A program made the position numbers and the translations under genes. The notes beneath the pieces are model-generated. The model saw only the letters and a list, made by a program, of their open reading frames with translations, was not told where the DNA came from and did no database searches. 42,524 nt of DNA from an uncultured Dehalococcoidales bacterium (GTDB lineage: Bacteria; Chloroflexota; Dehalococcoidia; Dehalococcoidales; BS750m-G39): the NCBI GenBank assembly GCA_964396645.1, contig CAYNFV010000001.1, forward strand, positions 1-42,524. Direction: 5' to 3'. How positions within the stretch are numbered: the first letter of the stretch is position 1; each line of letters starts with the position of its first letter. Below are positions 1 to 8,310 of this stretch, one piece after another.

Positions 1-147
1 CTTACTTTTGTTGCTGGCATCTACGGCATGAATTTCGGCTTCATGCCGGAGCTTGGATGGCACTGGGGTTACTTTGCCGTTTTGCTGGTAATGGCTGTTA
101 TCGCTGCCTTACTGTTGGTCTATTTCAAAAGAAAAAAGTGGTTATAA
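1..147 (+). CDS. corA: CorA-family Mg2+/Co2+ transporter, C-terminal fragment (5' end outside window)
   Basis: Frame 1 reads LTFVAGIYGMNFGFMPELGWHWGYFAVLLVMAVIAALLLVYFKRKKWL, then TAA at 145-147. It has the YGMNF signature loop followed by the last TM helix and a basic tail, as in CorA. Confidence 0.8.
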   Translation, partial: LTFVAGIYGMNFGFMPELGWHWGYFAVLLVMAVIAALLLVYFKRKKWL

Positions 148-183
148 ACCTAGCGCGAGTTTAGTTCAGGTAGTGGTTAAGAA

Positions 184-666
184 GTGATGATTCGCCAGTG
201 CCAGCCAAAGGACGTCGAACGGATATATTTCATCATAAACGAAGCCGCCCGAGCCTACGAAGGCACTATACCCGCCGACTGTTACCCCCAACCCTACATG
301 CCGATGAGCGAGCTGGAGGCGGAGCTAAAGCGGGTGACCTTCTTTGGCTGGGAGGCGAACGGGGAGCTGGTGGGGGTTATGGGTCTGGAACCGATTAAGG
401 ACACCACCCTCATCCGCCACACCTATGTTTTACCCCGCTGGCAGCGACAGGGGATAAGCTCTAAGCTACTGGAATACATCAAACCACTGGTTAACACCCC
501 CCGCCTCCTGGTGGGGACCTGGGCCGACGCCAGCTGGGCGATTGATTTTTACGAGAAGCACGGCTTCAAGCTAGAGCCGAATAAGGACGAGCTGCTGAAA
601 ACCTATTGGGACATTCCCCAGCGCCAGATTGAGACCTCGGTGGTGCTGGGGGTGGAGATAGGCTAG
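184..666 (+). CDS. GNAT-family N-acetyltransferase
   Basis: 160-aa ORF with GTG at 184 (ATG at 187 is an alternative start). It has an acetyl-CoA-binding-like segment (VLPRWQRQGISSKLL) and a C-terminal FYEKHGF, both typical of the GNAT fold. Its end overlaps the convergent mtaB-like gene by 4 nt. Confidence 0.8.
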   Translation: MMIRQCQPKDVERIYFIINEAARAYEGTIPADCYPQPYMPMSELEAELKRVTFFGWEANGELVGVMGLEPIKDTTLIRHTYVLPRWQRQGISSKLLEYIKPLVNTPRLLVGTWADASWAIDFYEKHGFKLEPNKDELLKTYWDIPQRQIETSVVLGVEIG

Positions 667-1886
667 ACCAGCTTTACCGGAAGCAGTTGGTTAGTCAAAT
701 CCTTGTCGCTCTTGGTAAATACCCGGATGTAGTTATCGGTAAGCCCCGACCAGACGCCACAGCTCTCTTTCTCCCACAAGACCATCACCGTTTGACCAAA
801 AAACTTTTTTCTGAAGTTGTGCACACTCGCCCTGCCCAGAGCCAGCATCTTACGGCTACGCTCCCGCTTTGTTTTATCGTCAACGTGTTCGGGCATAGCC
901 GCCGCCTTAGTCCCCGGGCGCGGTGAATAAGGAAAGACGTGGATACGGGCAAAGCGCATCTTTTTGGCGAAATCATGGCTATCCTCAAACTCGGCCTCGC
1001 TCTCGCCGGGAAAGCCGACGATGATATCGGTTGTTATAGCCGCGCCGGGCACTGCCTCCCTGATTAGCTCTACCGCCCGCCTGTAGTCGGCGGCGCGATA
1101 GCGCCGTCCCATTCTCTTGAGCACAGCGTCGCTGCCGCTCTGCAGCGAGAGGTGAAAGTGGCGGCACAGCCGTCCGTCCGGCCATAACCCTAAAAGCCCA
1201 GAGGTTATTTCCGGTGGTTGGAGGGAAGAGAGCCTTAACCGGGCAATCTCGGTCTCAGCCAGAATGCGCTTAAGAAGTCCGACTAGACCAAAGCCCTGGT
1301 GATTATAGGCGCCGATTTCGGTGCCGGTGAGTACCACCTCTTTATCACCGTCGGCGACGCGCTGCTTGATTTCGGATATAACACCATCAGCGGGCAGACT
1401 CCTCTCCCTTCCTCTCACCAGTGGCACGATGCAGTAGGAACAGAAGTTATTGCAGCCATCCTGAACCTTGACAAAGGCGCGTGTCCTGGAATCGGCGCTA
1501 GCTGAACCTGCCGCCGAGGGAGGGCTCAAGTAGCCGGACTGCTCAAGCCGGGAGACTAAATCCACTTTCTGGCTGTTATCCAGGACGAGGTCAACACTAT
1601 CAAGCTGGGCCAAGTCCTGGCGGGCGCGCTCCACGTAACAGCCAATGGCCACCACCAGGGCATCGGGGTTGCGGCGGCGGGCTTGATTTAGCAGATGACG
1701 GCACTTACCGTCGGCGACATGAGTAACGGTGCAGGTGTTGAGGACATAGACATCAGCCCCGTTATCCGAGGGCACCAGCCGATAGCCCCTTTCCGCAAAC
1801 TGACGGGCGAAAAGCTGGCTCTCCGCCTGGTTGAGCTTACAACCAACGGTATCCAGGGCGATGCTGGGTGCTTCCGAGTTTTCCAT
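663..1886 (-). CDS. mtaB: Radical-SAM methylthiotransferase, MiaB/MtaB family (MtaB-like, ms2t6A37 tRNA modification)
   Basis: N-terminal UPF0004 motif TVGCKLNQAESQ, radical-SAM cluster CNNFCSYCIVP, and a C-terminal TRAM-like segment (GQTVMVLWEKE..GLTDNYIRVF). The ORF track starts at TTG 1892. I prefer ATG 1886 because a consensus promoter ends 8 nt upstream of it. Confidence 0.7.
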   Translation of the reverse strand: MENSEAPSIALDTVGCKLNQAESQLFARQFAERGYRLVPSDNGADVYVLNTCTVTHVADGKCRHLLNQARRRNPDALVVAIGCYVERARQDLAQLDSVDLVLDNSQKVDLVSRLEQSGYLSPPSAAGSASADSRTRAFVKVQDGCNNFCSYCIVPLVRGRERSLPADGVISEIKQRVADGDKEVVLTGTEIGAYNHQGFGLVGLLKRILAETEIARLRLSSLQPPEITSGLLGLWPDGRLCRHFHLSLQSGSDAVLKRMGRRYRAADYRRAVELIREAVPGAAITTDIIVGFPGESEAEFEDSHDFAKKMRFARIHVFPYSPRPGTKAAAMPEHVDDKTKRERSRKMLALGRASVHNFRKKFFGQTVMVLWEKESCGVWSGLTDNYIRVFTKSDKDLTNQLLPVKLV

Positions 1887-1894
1887 ACACAAAA

Positions 1895-1923
1895 ATTATA
1901 TGGCGGGGTGCGCCGTTGGTCAA
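1895..1923 (-). promoter_or_regulatory. Sigma-70-type promoter of the mtaB-like gene (TTGACC-17-TATAAT), likely giving a leaderless or near-leaderless mRNA
   Basis: On the minus strand the -35 TTGACC lies at 1923-1918, the spacer is 17 nt, and the -10 TATAAT lies at 1900-1895. Only 8 nt (1894-1887) separate the -10 from ATG 1886. There is no Shine-Dalgarno sequence. Confidence 0.55.
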
Positions 1924-1997
1924 ATATACAGAAGGTCTTAAAGGGACAAGGCGATAGCGGGAAACAAGAATCGGGGGCAGGGAGGTGTTACCTAGCC

Positions 1998-2211
1998 GTT
2001 AAGGGGTTTACCCATTAGGGCGGGCTGGGTTGGGACAGAATTACGTACGCTAACAGAGTGGGGATGTAGGGTCTGGATTCCTGCCTTCGCAGGAATGACA
2101 GAAATGTTTTAGAGATTGCTTCGCCCTTCGGCTGAAAAACTCGCAATGACTGAGGGGTGTGGAGAGAAGTCTATAGAGGTGACACCTCTATAGGGAGGGT
2201 ATTGGGTGGGA
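1998..2211. repeat. Intergenic mosaic repeat locus 1 (modules A, B, C, D in tandem)
   Basis: Module A 1998-2064 is gttaaggggtttacccattagggcgggctgggttgggaca..acgtacgctaacagagtgggg. Module B 2075-2100 is ggattcctgccttcgcaggaatgaca. Module C 2114-2150 is gattgcttcg..ctcgcaatgac. Module D 2164-2211 is gagaagtctatagaggtgacacctctatagggagggtattgggtggga, containing an 11-bp-arm palindrome at 2171-2193. Each module recurs at 16818-17046, 38788-39067 and/or 40779-41027. Confidence 0.8.
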
Positions 2212-2246
2212 AAACAACCTGGGGGGTGGGGCTCAGGAGTCTTTTC

Positions 2247-2275
2247 TTGCTAATAAGCCGAAATTGTGGTAAAAA
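2247..2275 (+). promoter_or_regulatory. Candidate promoter of fabF (TTGCTA-17-TAAAAA with TG extension)
   Basis: ttgcta at 2247-2252, a 17-nt spacer ending in tgg, and taaaaa at 2270-2275, about 33 nt upstream of ATG 2309. The -10 is weak, so confidence is modest. Confidence 0.35.
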
Positions 2276-2308
2276 TAGCTAATCAAAACCTGACTCCCCT
2301 TTTATATT

Positions 2309-3562
2309 ATGTCAACTTTAGATAGTAGAGTCGTAGTTACCGGTATCGGGGTTGTCTGCCCCCTAGGTCTTAACGCCGCCGAAAGCTGGGAAGCGCTGGT
2401 CGCGGGCAGGTCGGGGGTAGACCGCATCACCCTATTCGATACCGAGGGCTTCGAGACCAAGATTGCCGGCGAGGTAAAGGGTTTCGATGCCGCTAATTAT
2501 ATGAACCCCAAGGAAGCCCGCCGCAACGACCGCTTTTCGCAGATGGCGGTAGCCGCCAGCCTTGAGGCGACCAGACAGGCCAACCTGAAGATAGACGACA
2601 GTAACAAAGACGATATCGGTATCATCATCGGCAGCGGCATCGGCGGATTGACCACCCTCTTCGAACAGACCAAGGTCCTGCTGGAAAGAGGCCCCAGCCG
2701 GGTCAGCCCCTTCCTCATCCCGATGATGATGCCCAACATAGCCTCGGCGCAGGCATCCATCACGCTGGGAGCCATGGGGCCCAACCTTTGCACCACCTCG
2801 GCCTGCTCCAGCGGCTCGGATGCCGTCGGCATTGCCTACGAAACCATCAAGCGCGGCGATGCCAAAGCTATGATAAGCGGCGGCAGCGAGGCCATCATTA
2901 ACCCCATAGGCGTCAGCGCCTTCAACGCCCTGAAGGCTATTTCGACCCGAAACGACCAGCCGCAGCTCGCCTCCCGCCCCTTCGACGCCGAGCGCGACGG
3001 CTTTATCATCGGTGAGGGGGCTTGCGTCCTCATACTGGAAAACCTGGACTACGCTAAAAAGCGGGGGGCTAAGATACTGGCCGAGATGTTGGCCTATGGA
3101 ACCAGCGCCGACGCCTATCACATTACCGCCCCCCTCGAGACCGGCGAGGGCGCGGCTATGGCGGTGCAGCGGGCGCTGGACAAGGCCGGGCTAAAGCCCA
3201 CCGATATCGACTATATCAACGCCCACGGCACCTCCACCCAGCTCAACGATAAGATGGAGACCAGGGCGATAAAGAAGGTATTCGGCGATTATGCCTACAA
3301 GGTCCCGGTAAGCTCGACCAAGTCGATGATGGGACACCTGGTGGGCAGCGCCGGTGCCGTTGAGGCCGCCATCTGCATTATGGCTATCCGCAACGGCGTC
3401 ATACCGCCGACGATAAACCTCACCCACCCCGACCCCGATTGCGACCTGGACTATGTGCCTAACGTAGCCCGCCAGACCAAGGTCAGAACCGCCCTGTCCA
3501 ATTCTTTTGGCTTCGGCGGGCATAACTCAGTCCTTATCTTCCGAGAGTACGCCGAGGAATGA
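2309..3562 (+). CDS. fabF: 3-oxoacyl-[ACP] synthase II (KAS II)
   Basis: 417 aa. Motifs seen: VVVTGIGVVCPLG, the active-site Cys context TTSACSSG, HGTSTQLND, GHLVGSAGAVEA and SFGFGGHN. These are the canonical Cys-His-His KAS II motifs. Confidence 0.9.
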   Translation: MSTLDSRVVVTGIGVVCPLGLNAAESWEALVAGRSGVDRITLFDTEGFETKIAGEVKGFDAANYMNPKEARRNDRFSQMAVAASLEATRQANLKIDDSNKDDIGIIIGSGIGGLTTLFEQTKVLLERGPSRVSPFLIPMMMPNIASAQASITLGAMGPNLCTTSACSSGSDAVGIAYETIKRGDAKAMISGGSEAIINPIGVSAFNALKAISTRNDQPQLASRPFDAERDGFIIGEGACVLILENLDYAKKRGAKILAEMLAYGTSADAYHITAPLETGEGAAMAVQRALDKAGLKPTDIDYINAHGTSTQLNDKMETRAIKKVFGDYAYKVPVSSTKSMMGHLVGSAGAVEAAICIMAIRNGVIPPTINLTHPDPDCDLDYVPNVARQTKVRTALSNSFGFGGHNSVLIFREYAEE

Positions 3563-3563
3563 A

Positions 3564-5243
3564 TTGAACCGCTACCGCTGGAACATTCTGCCGCCAGCAC
3601 CAGAAGAGCACCTGAGCAACAGCGGCCTCTCCCCTCTAATCGCCCAATTGCTCTATAATCGCGGCATTACCGAGCCCACCCAGCTAGAGCCGTTCTTAAG
3701 CGCCGATAAGCGCCTGGCCGGCGACCCCTCCCGGCTCCCCGATATAGAGCCGGCGGTAGCCAGAATCTACCGGGCGCTGCTTTCCGGGGAGACCATCGCC
3801 ATCTACGGCGACTTCGACGCCGACGGTATCACTGGCACGGCTATACTCGTCAACGGGCTATCGAGACTGGGGGGCAAAACCGTTCCCTACATACCCCACC
3901 GTCTCACCGAGGGCTATGGGCTCAATGTAACCGCCCTGGAAAATTTGCACAAGCAGGGCATCAGCCTGGTTATAACCGTTGACTGCGGCATTACCGCCCT
4001 AGCCGAGGTCAAGCGGGCGAAACGGCTGGGGCTGGACATAGTTATCACCGACCACCACTCCCCCCTACCCGAGATGCCGCCCGCTATTGCCACCATCAAC
4101 CCCAAGCGGGCTGATTCCAGCTACGGCTTTTCCGAACTAACGGGCGCCGGGGTCGCCCTGAAGCTGCTCCAGGCTTTATTCCATAACCTGGGTAAAGAAG
4201 AGCAACCGGAGGAGCTGATGGACCTGGCCGCCTTGGGCACTGTAGCCGATATGGCGCCCCTAGCGGGGGAAAATCGATATCTGGTTAAAGAAGGGCTGAA
4301 GCTGATGAACACCGCCCCCCGCCTCGGGCTCAGGGAGATTATATTACAGGCAGGATTGACCCCGGGTAGATTGAACACCGAGAGCATCTCCTGGGCTATC
4401 GCCCCCCGCCTCAACGCCGCCGGCAGACTGGCCCACGCCATGACCAGCTATAAATTGCTGATGACGGAATCGCCCCAGGAGGCGCGTGACCTGGCTATCT
4501 GGCTGGAAGAGAAAAATACCGAGCGCCAGAAGCTGACGACAAAGGTATTAGCCATAGCCAGGGAACAGATAGTGGCCCAGGGTATTACCCCACTGCTGGT
4601 TGCCGCCGACAAGGACTATCCTCTGGGCATCGCCGGGTTGATTGCCGGCAGGCTGGCTGAGGAATTCTACCGCCCGGCCATTGTGGTCAGAACCGGTGAG
4701 ACGGTAAGCAGCGGCAGTGGCCGCAGCATCCCCGAGTTCAATATCATCAAGGCGCTGACCCAGTGCCGTAACCTCTTATCCCACTTCGGCGGTCACTCCC
4801 AGGCAGCTGGTTTTACCCTGCCCACCCCGAACCTGCCCCAGCTCCAAGAAAGCCTCGCCCGTATGGCTACAGAGCAGCTGGCTGGCGCCGACCTTCGCCC
4901 CCAGCTTGATATTGACGCCGAGGTCACCCTGCCCGATTTGAGCGGCGACACCTTCAATAGCATGCAACGGCTGGCCCCCTTCGGCCGGGGGAACCCCTCA
5001 CCTACCTTCCTCAGCCAGCGTACCGAGGTAGTCGACTGCCGCACCATGGGCAACGGCGCCGAGCACCTGAGGCTGAAACTGAAGCAGGGAGGCACGGTAT
5101 GGGACGGGGTTGGCTTTAGGCTGGGCAGTTACCTGGCCGATATATCCCCCCAGCTCGATATCGTCTATAACCTGGAGATAGACCGCTGGGGAGGCAAGGA
5201 GAGGCTCAGGCTTAATATAGTTGACTTCTCCCCGTCTGACTAG
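3564..5243 (+). CDS. recJ: Single-stranded-DNA-specific exonuclease RecJ
   Basis: DHH-family motifs IYGDFDADGITGTAIL, VDCG and ITDHH, plus a DHHA1 GGHSQAAG motif. The ORF opens at 3507 but would overlap fabF by 56 nt. TTG 3564 is preceded by gagga (3554-3558) and gives an N-terminus (L)NRYRWNILPP resembling RecJ N-termini, so I prefer it. Confidence 0.85.
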   Translation: MNRYRWNILPPAPEEHLSNSGLSPLIAQLLYNRGITEPTQLEPFLSADKRLAGDPSRLPDIEPAVARIYRALLSGETIAIYGDFDADGITGTAILVNGLSRLGGKTVPYIPHRLTEGYGLNVTALENLHKQGISLVITVDCGITALAEVKRAKRLGLDIVITDHHSPLPEMPPAIATINPKRADSSYGFSELTGAGVALKLLQALFHNLGKEEQPEELMDLAALGTVADMAPLAGENRYLVKEGLKLMNTAPRLGLREIILQAGLTPGRLNTESISWAIAPRLNAAGRLAHAMTSYKLLMTESPQEARDLAIWLEEKNTERQKLTTKVLAIAREQIVAQGITPLLVAADKDYPLGIAGLIAGRLAEEFYRPAIVVRTGETVSSGSGRSIPEFNIIKALTQCRNLLSHFGGHSQAAGFTLPTPNLPQLQESLARMATEQLAGADLRPQLDIDAEVTLPDLSGDTFNSMQRLAPFGRGNPSPTFLSQRTEVVDCRTMGNGAEHLRLKLKQGGTVWDGVGFRLGSYLADISPQLDIVYNLEIDRWGGKERLRLNIVDFSPSD

Positions 5244-5254
5244 CCAAGGAAAAC

Positions 5255-5283
5255 TTGACAATTGCCCAGGCGCATTGTACACT
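5255..5283 (+). promoter_or_regulatory. Promoter of Zn-ribbon gene 1 (TTGACA-17-TACACT)
   Basis: ttgaca at 5255-5260, a 17-nt spacer, and tacact at 5278-5283. This predicts a 5' UTR of roughly 110 nt ending in the strong SD agaggagg before ATG 5401. Confidence 0.5.
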
Positions 5284-5400
5284 AGCCTTTAGTGGTTTAA
5301 GGTTCAGGTTATCACAAACTTAGTTAAAACAATTCAGTTTCACTCAAGTATTGGATGACCGCAACTCTAGCCAACTAATAACAAGAGAGGAGGTCATTCA

Positions 5401-5706
5401 ATGAGTTTTGAGGACAAGCAACTCCAGTGCTCCGACTGTGGAGCCGAGTTTACCTTCAGCGCCGAGGAACAAGAGTTCTTCCAATCCAAGGGCTACACCA
5501 ACGAGCCCAAGCGCTGTCCCGCCTGCCGCGAAGCCAGGAAAGCACAACGCTACGGTAATGATAGCTACGGCTACAGGTCCCGGCGTCAGATGTTCCCGGC
5601 GACGTGCGCCGAGTGCGGTAAGGAAACCGAAGTCCCGTTCGAGCCGAGAGAAGGCAGACCGGTATATTGTAGCGAGTGCTACAACAAGATTAGAACGAAC
5701 CGATAA
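5401..5706 (+). CDS. Small double zinc-ribbon protein (two CxxC..CxxC units), paralog 1
   Basis: 101 aa with a strong SD (gagaggagg). Unit 1 is CSDCG-x21-CPAC; unit 2 is CAECG-x17-CSEC. From memory it resembles proteins annotated as 'zinc-ribbon domain containing' / CxxC-x17-CxxC. By hand alignment it shares 65 identical positions with the ORF at 10943-11236. Confidence 0.8.
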   Translation: MSFEDKQLQCSDCGAEFTFSAEEQEFFQSKGYTNEPKRCPACREARKAQRYGNDSYGYRSRRQMFPATCAECGKETEVPFEPREGRPVYCSECYNKIRTNR

Positions 5707-5729
5707 GTTCATTCTGAGCTAAAAAACAT

Positions 5730-5758
5730 ACGTAGGCCGGGGAATACCTGGCCTACGT
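5730..5758 (+). terminator. Stem-loop between the Zn-ribbon gene and rpsU (possible terminator or processing site)
   Basis: A perfect 9-bp stem, acgtaggcc (5730-5738) pairing with ggcctacgt (5750-5758), encloses an 11-nt loop. No clear U-tract follows, so intrinsic-terminator status is uncertain. Confidence 0.35.
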
Positions 5759-5784
5759 GTGTTACTAGAATGGGTTGATTTATT

Positions 5785-5970
5785 ATGCCGTTGAAAGTAT
5801 CCAAACGTGAAGGTGAAACCGAAGACTCCCTGTTGAAGCGCTTCCAGAGGATGGTGCAGATGGACGGCGTCCTGCGGGAGGCAAAATCACGACGTCATTT
5901 CGTCTCCAAGAGAGAAGCCGCACGCCTGAAGGCCAAGAAAAACGCCCGTCGTCGGCGAATCGGCAAGTAA
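5785..5970 (+). CDS. rpsU: 30S ribosomal protein S21
   Basis: 61 aa and very basic. MPLKVSKREGETEDSLLKRFQRMVQMDGVLREAKSRRHFVSKREAARLKAKKNARRRR matches the S21 pattern (..E..e.aLrRFkR.....G.l.E.r.r..f.k.se.r..k). Confidence 0.85.
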   Translation: MPLKVSKREGETEDSLLKRFQRMVQMDGVLREAKSRRHFVSKREAARLKAKKNARRRRIGK

Positions 5971-6041
5971 TACCCCCTATGCTCCCCAACCAAAGAGCTA
6001 ATATTACTATACCTACCTTTAACTCACTTTAACTACCACAC

Positions 6042-6069
6042 TTGACAAATGATGACCAGTCGTTAAAAT
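6042..6069 (+). promoter_or_regulatory. Candidate promoter of the lipoprotein gene (TTGACA-16-TAAAAT)
   Basis: ttgaca at 6042-6047, a 16-nt spacer, and taaaat at 6064-6069. ATG 6124 is preceded by the SD acggagg. Confidence 0.45.
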
Positions 6070-6123
6070 ATACCTAGATTTACTATGTATTCTAACTAAC
6101 TAGGTATATTAACGGAGGCCATC

Positions 6124-6594
6124 ATGAAACTAACGCTCATTTTCCTATTGATTCCTATTCTGATATTATTTGCCGCCTGCGGGCAGGCAGCCGACGAGCC
6201 GCTGGACAATGGTGCGCCGACGGACAATGGTGCCCCAACTGACGACGGCTCAGTGGCCGCCGCTCTCTCCCAAGGGGAAATAGACGCCGCCAGGCAGGTC
6301 GTTTACGACTACTGGGAAGCCTTCAACGCCTATGACGTAGAAGGCGTCCTGGATTGTTTAGAGGAATCCTACCGACAGCAAAGAGCCGCCGAAGTCCCCG
6401 GTGAGATTGCCCAGATGGAAGCCGCCGGCGTCACCCTGGAACTGGAAGAGGAAGCGGAGCCCGTCATAACCCCCGAAGGAATAGTGGTCATACAGATAAA
6501 GCTCAAAATCCCCGTCCTGCCCGACCGGCACTATACCTATGACGTGGTCAAGGTGGACGGCGAGTGGAAGATCTGCGCCTCGGAAGAGCTTTAG
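6124..6594 (+). CDS. Putative lipoprotein (NTF2/SnoaL-like C-terminal domain guess)
   Basis: Signal peptide MKLTLIFLLIPILILFAAC with a lipobox-like LFAA-C (Cys19), then a low-complexity DNGAPT x2 linker and a domain of about 110 aa. The fold assignment is a guess. Confidence 0.65.
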   Translation: MKLTLIFLLIPILILFAACGQAADEPLDNGAPTDNGAPTDDGSVAAALSQGEIDAARQVVYDYWEAFNAYDVEGVLDCLEESYRQQRAAEVPGEIAQMEAAGVTLELEEEAEPVITPEGIVVIQIKLKIPVLPDRHYTYDVVKVDGEWKICASEEL

Positions 6595-6609
6595 GCATCC
6601 GGCCTACCT

Positions 6610-7395
6610 TTAAGCCGCGGTTTCACCCTTCTCCACCCAGCGCGTGCGCCAGATGAGTATCGGGATAACGATAAGCAGGATGATTATGCCTATCACCTGC
6701 GCCTGCTGCAAGCCGAAGAGGAAGGGTGTCCCGTGCCGCAGGAAACCGACGCCCACCCGCCATGCGGAATATACGCTGAGATAGATGAGAAAGAGCGAGC
6801 CTTCGGGCTTAAACCTCTTCCTCAAGGGGAACAATACGCCGAAGGCTATGAGCAGGAAGACAATCTCGTAAGGTTGGGTGGGGTGAAGGGCTACCCCCAG
6901 AGGGGCGTAGCTCTCGGAATGTGTATAGACCACCGACCAGGGTAGCCAGGACGGTGCTTCGGCACCATAGCAGCAGCCGTTTATAGTGCAACCCACCCTA
7001 CCTATTACCTGCGCCAATAAGGTAGGCAATGCCACCAGGTCCATGAAGTGACCGAAGGGAAATTTAGTAAACCGGCTGTAAACCCAGATACCCAGGGTGG
7101 CGCCCAGAACCGCACCCCAGATGGTCAGGCCTTCAAAACCCCAGAGCGGCCCCGGGTCCCCAACATAAACCCACCTATCGATAACATAGAGTAATCTTGA
7201 TATTATTATTGCCGAGGGAATAGCCACCAGGGCAGCGGTAATAATAGTATCATAAGAGAGCTTAGCCCCCCGCTTTACCTCCCGCAGCATCCACAAAACC
7301 AGCACCAGCACCCCCAGGGCAATCATAATGCCATACCACCGGACGCTTAACGAGCCTATGGCAAAGGCTATCGGGTTTATAGATATGGTAATCAA
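6610..7395 (-). CDS. lgt: Prolipoprotein diacylglyceryl transferase
   Basis: 261 aa and polytopic. The N-terminus has RWYGIMIALG, and the central GRVGCTINGCCYG corresponds to the Lgt G-R-x-G-x-x-x-N-x-x-x-x-G signature. TTG start at 7395 with SD aggagg 6 nt upstream. Confidence 0.8.
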   Translation of the reverse strand: MITISINPIAFAIGSLSVRWYGIMIALGVLVLVLWMLREVKRGAKLSYDTIITAALVAIPSAIIISRLLYVIDRWVYVGDPGPLWGFEGLTIWGAVLGATLGIWVYSRFTKFPFGHFMDLVALPTLLAQVIGRVGCTINGCCYGAEAPSWLPWSVVYTHSESYAPLGVALHPTQPYEIVFLLIAFGVLFPLRKRFKPEGSLFLIYLSVYSAWRVGVGFLRHGTPFLFGLQQAQVIGIIILLIVIPILIWRTRWVEKGETAA

Positions 7396-7411
7396 AGGCT
7401 ACCTCCTATAA

Positions 7412-8308
7412 TCAGGAGCATAATGCTCGCACAAAGCCCTCGGCGTTGAAAGGGGTCATATCTTCCAGCCCATCGCCAACGCCGACGAAAAGGATGGGTA
7501 TCTTGAGCTCATCACAGATAGCCAGCACTATACCCCCCTTAGCCGTACCATCCAGCTTGGCCAGAAAGAGGCCGGTTACACCCACCGCCTCGGTGAAGTG
7601 CTTGGCTTGAGTTAAGCCGTTCTGACCGGTGGTGGCATCGAGCACCAGGAGCACTTCGTGGGGGGCGGTGTCATCAACCTTAGCCGCCACCCGCCTAATC
7701 TTTTTCAGTTCTTCCATCAGGTTGAACTTGGTGTGCAGCCGGCCCGCGGTATCGATAATCACCTCGTCGGCGTTACGGCTGCGCGCCGCCTCCAGCGCGT
7801 CGAAGACCACCGCCCCGGCATCCCCACCTGGCTGGTGGGCGACGACATCAACGCCGACTTTCTCGGCCAGCTTTCTGAGCTGGTCGATAGCCGCCACCCG
7901 GAAGGTATCCGCCGCCACCAGTATAACCTTCTTCCCCTCTTTCTTGGCTTTATAAGCCAGCTTAGCGATAGAGGTGGTCTTGCCGCTGCCGTTGACGCCC
8001 ACCGCCATCACCACCCTGGGCGGTGATTGAGGAGCCGTCGGCGGGACCTCGATAGTAAGGATTTTGACCATCTCCTGCTGTAAAGCCTCCCGCACCGCCG
8101 AGCCTTCGCTGAACTTCTCCTCTTTAGCCCGCTGCTTCACCCTTTCCAGCAGTTTTTCAGTGGTGCCGAAGCCGACGTCGGCGGAGATGAGCAGCTCTTC
8201 CAGCTCTGTCCAGACCGCTTCGTCAACGGCGGCGCGGTCGAAGAGGCTCATCGCCCGCTTGAACCAGCTATCGCGGCTCGGTTTTAAGGCTTTTTCGATA
8301 TCGGCCAA
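7412..8308 (-). CDS. ftsY: Signal recognition particle receptor FtsY (short form, NG domain only)
   Basis: SRP-GTPase motifs GVNGSGKTT (G1), DTAGR (G3) and [10 protein letters not shown] (G4). TTG start at 8308 with SD aaggag inside the 3' end of the upstream helicase gene. The helicase stop is at 8311-8313. Confidence 0.9.
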   Translation of the reverse strand: MADIEKALKPSRDSWFKRAMSLFDRAAVDEAVWTELEELLISADVGFGTTEKLLERVKQRAKEEKFSEGSAVREALQQEMVKILTIEVPPTAPQSPPRVVMAVGVNGSGKTTSIAKLAYKAKKEGKKVILVAADTFRVAAIDQLRKLAEKVGVDVVAHQPGGDAGAVVFDALEAARSRNADEVIIDTAGRLHTKFNLMEELKKIRRVAAKVDDTAPHEVLLVLDATTGQNGLTQAKHFTEAVGVTGLFLAKLDGTAKGGIVLAICDELKIPILFVGVGDGLEDMTPFNAEGFVRALCS

Positions 8309-8310
8309 TC

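Noticed and set aside
1998-2211. CRISPR array interpretation of the intergenic repeats.
   Set aside because: The modules differ from one another, are not regularly spaced by unique spacers, occur in both orientations, and no cas genes are present.
2432-3121. Long ORFs antisense to well-supported genes: 2432-3121(-), 12294-12929(-), 13156-13938(-), 18348-19316(+), 22611-23267(+), 29301-30284(-), 32171-33196(-), 40051-40737(+), 8347-8976(+) and 26114-26716(+).
   Set aside because: Each lies entirely opposite a gene with unmistakable family motifs (fabF, pnp, purA, truB, BadF/plsX, dnaB, ligase, helicase, nusA). Their products are Arg/Ala/Gly/Pro-rich, as expected for shadow frames in GC-rich DNA. 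None has a convincing SD or start context.
6205-6240. Tandem 18-nt direct repeat (gacaatggtgcgccgacg / gacaatggtgccccaact) in the lipoprotein gene.
   Set aside because: There are only two imperfect copies, encoding a DNGAPT linker just after the lipobox. This is ordinary low-complexity tether sequence of little significance.
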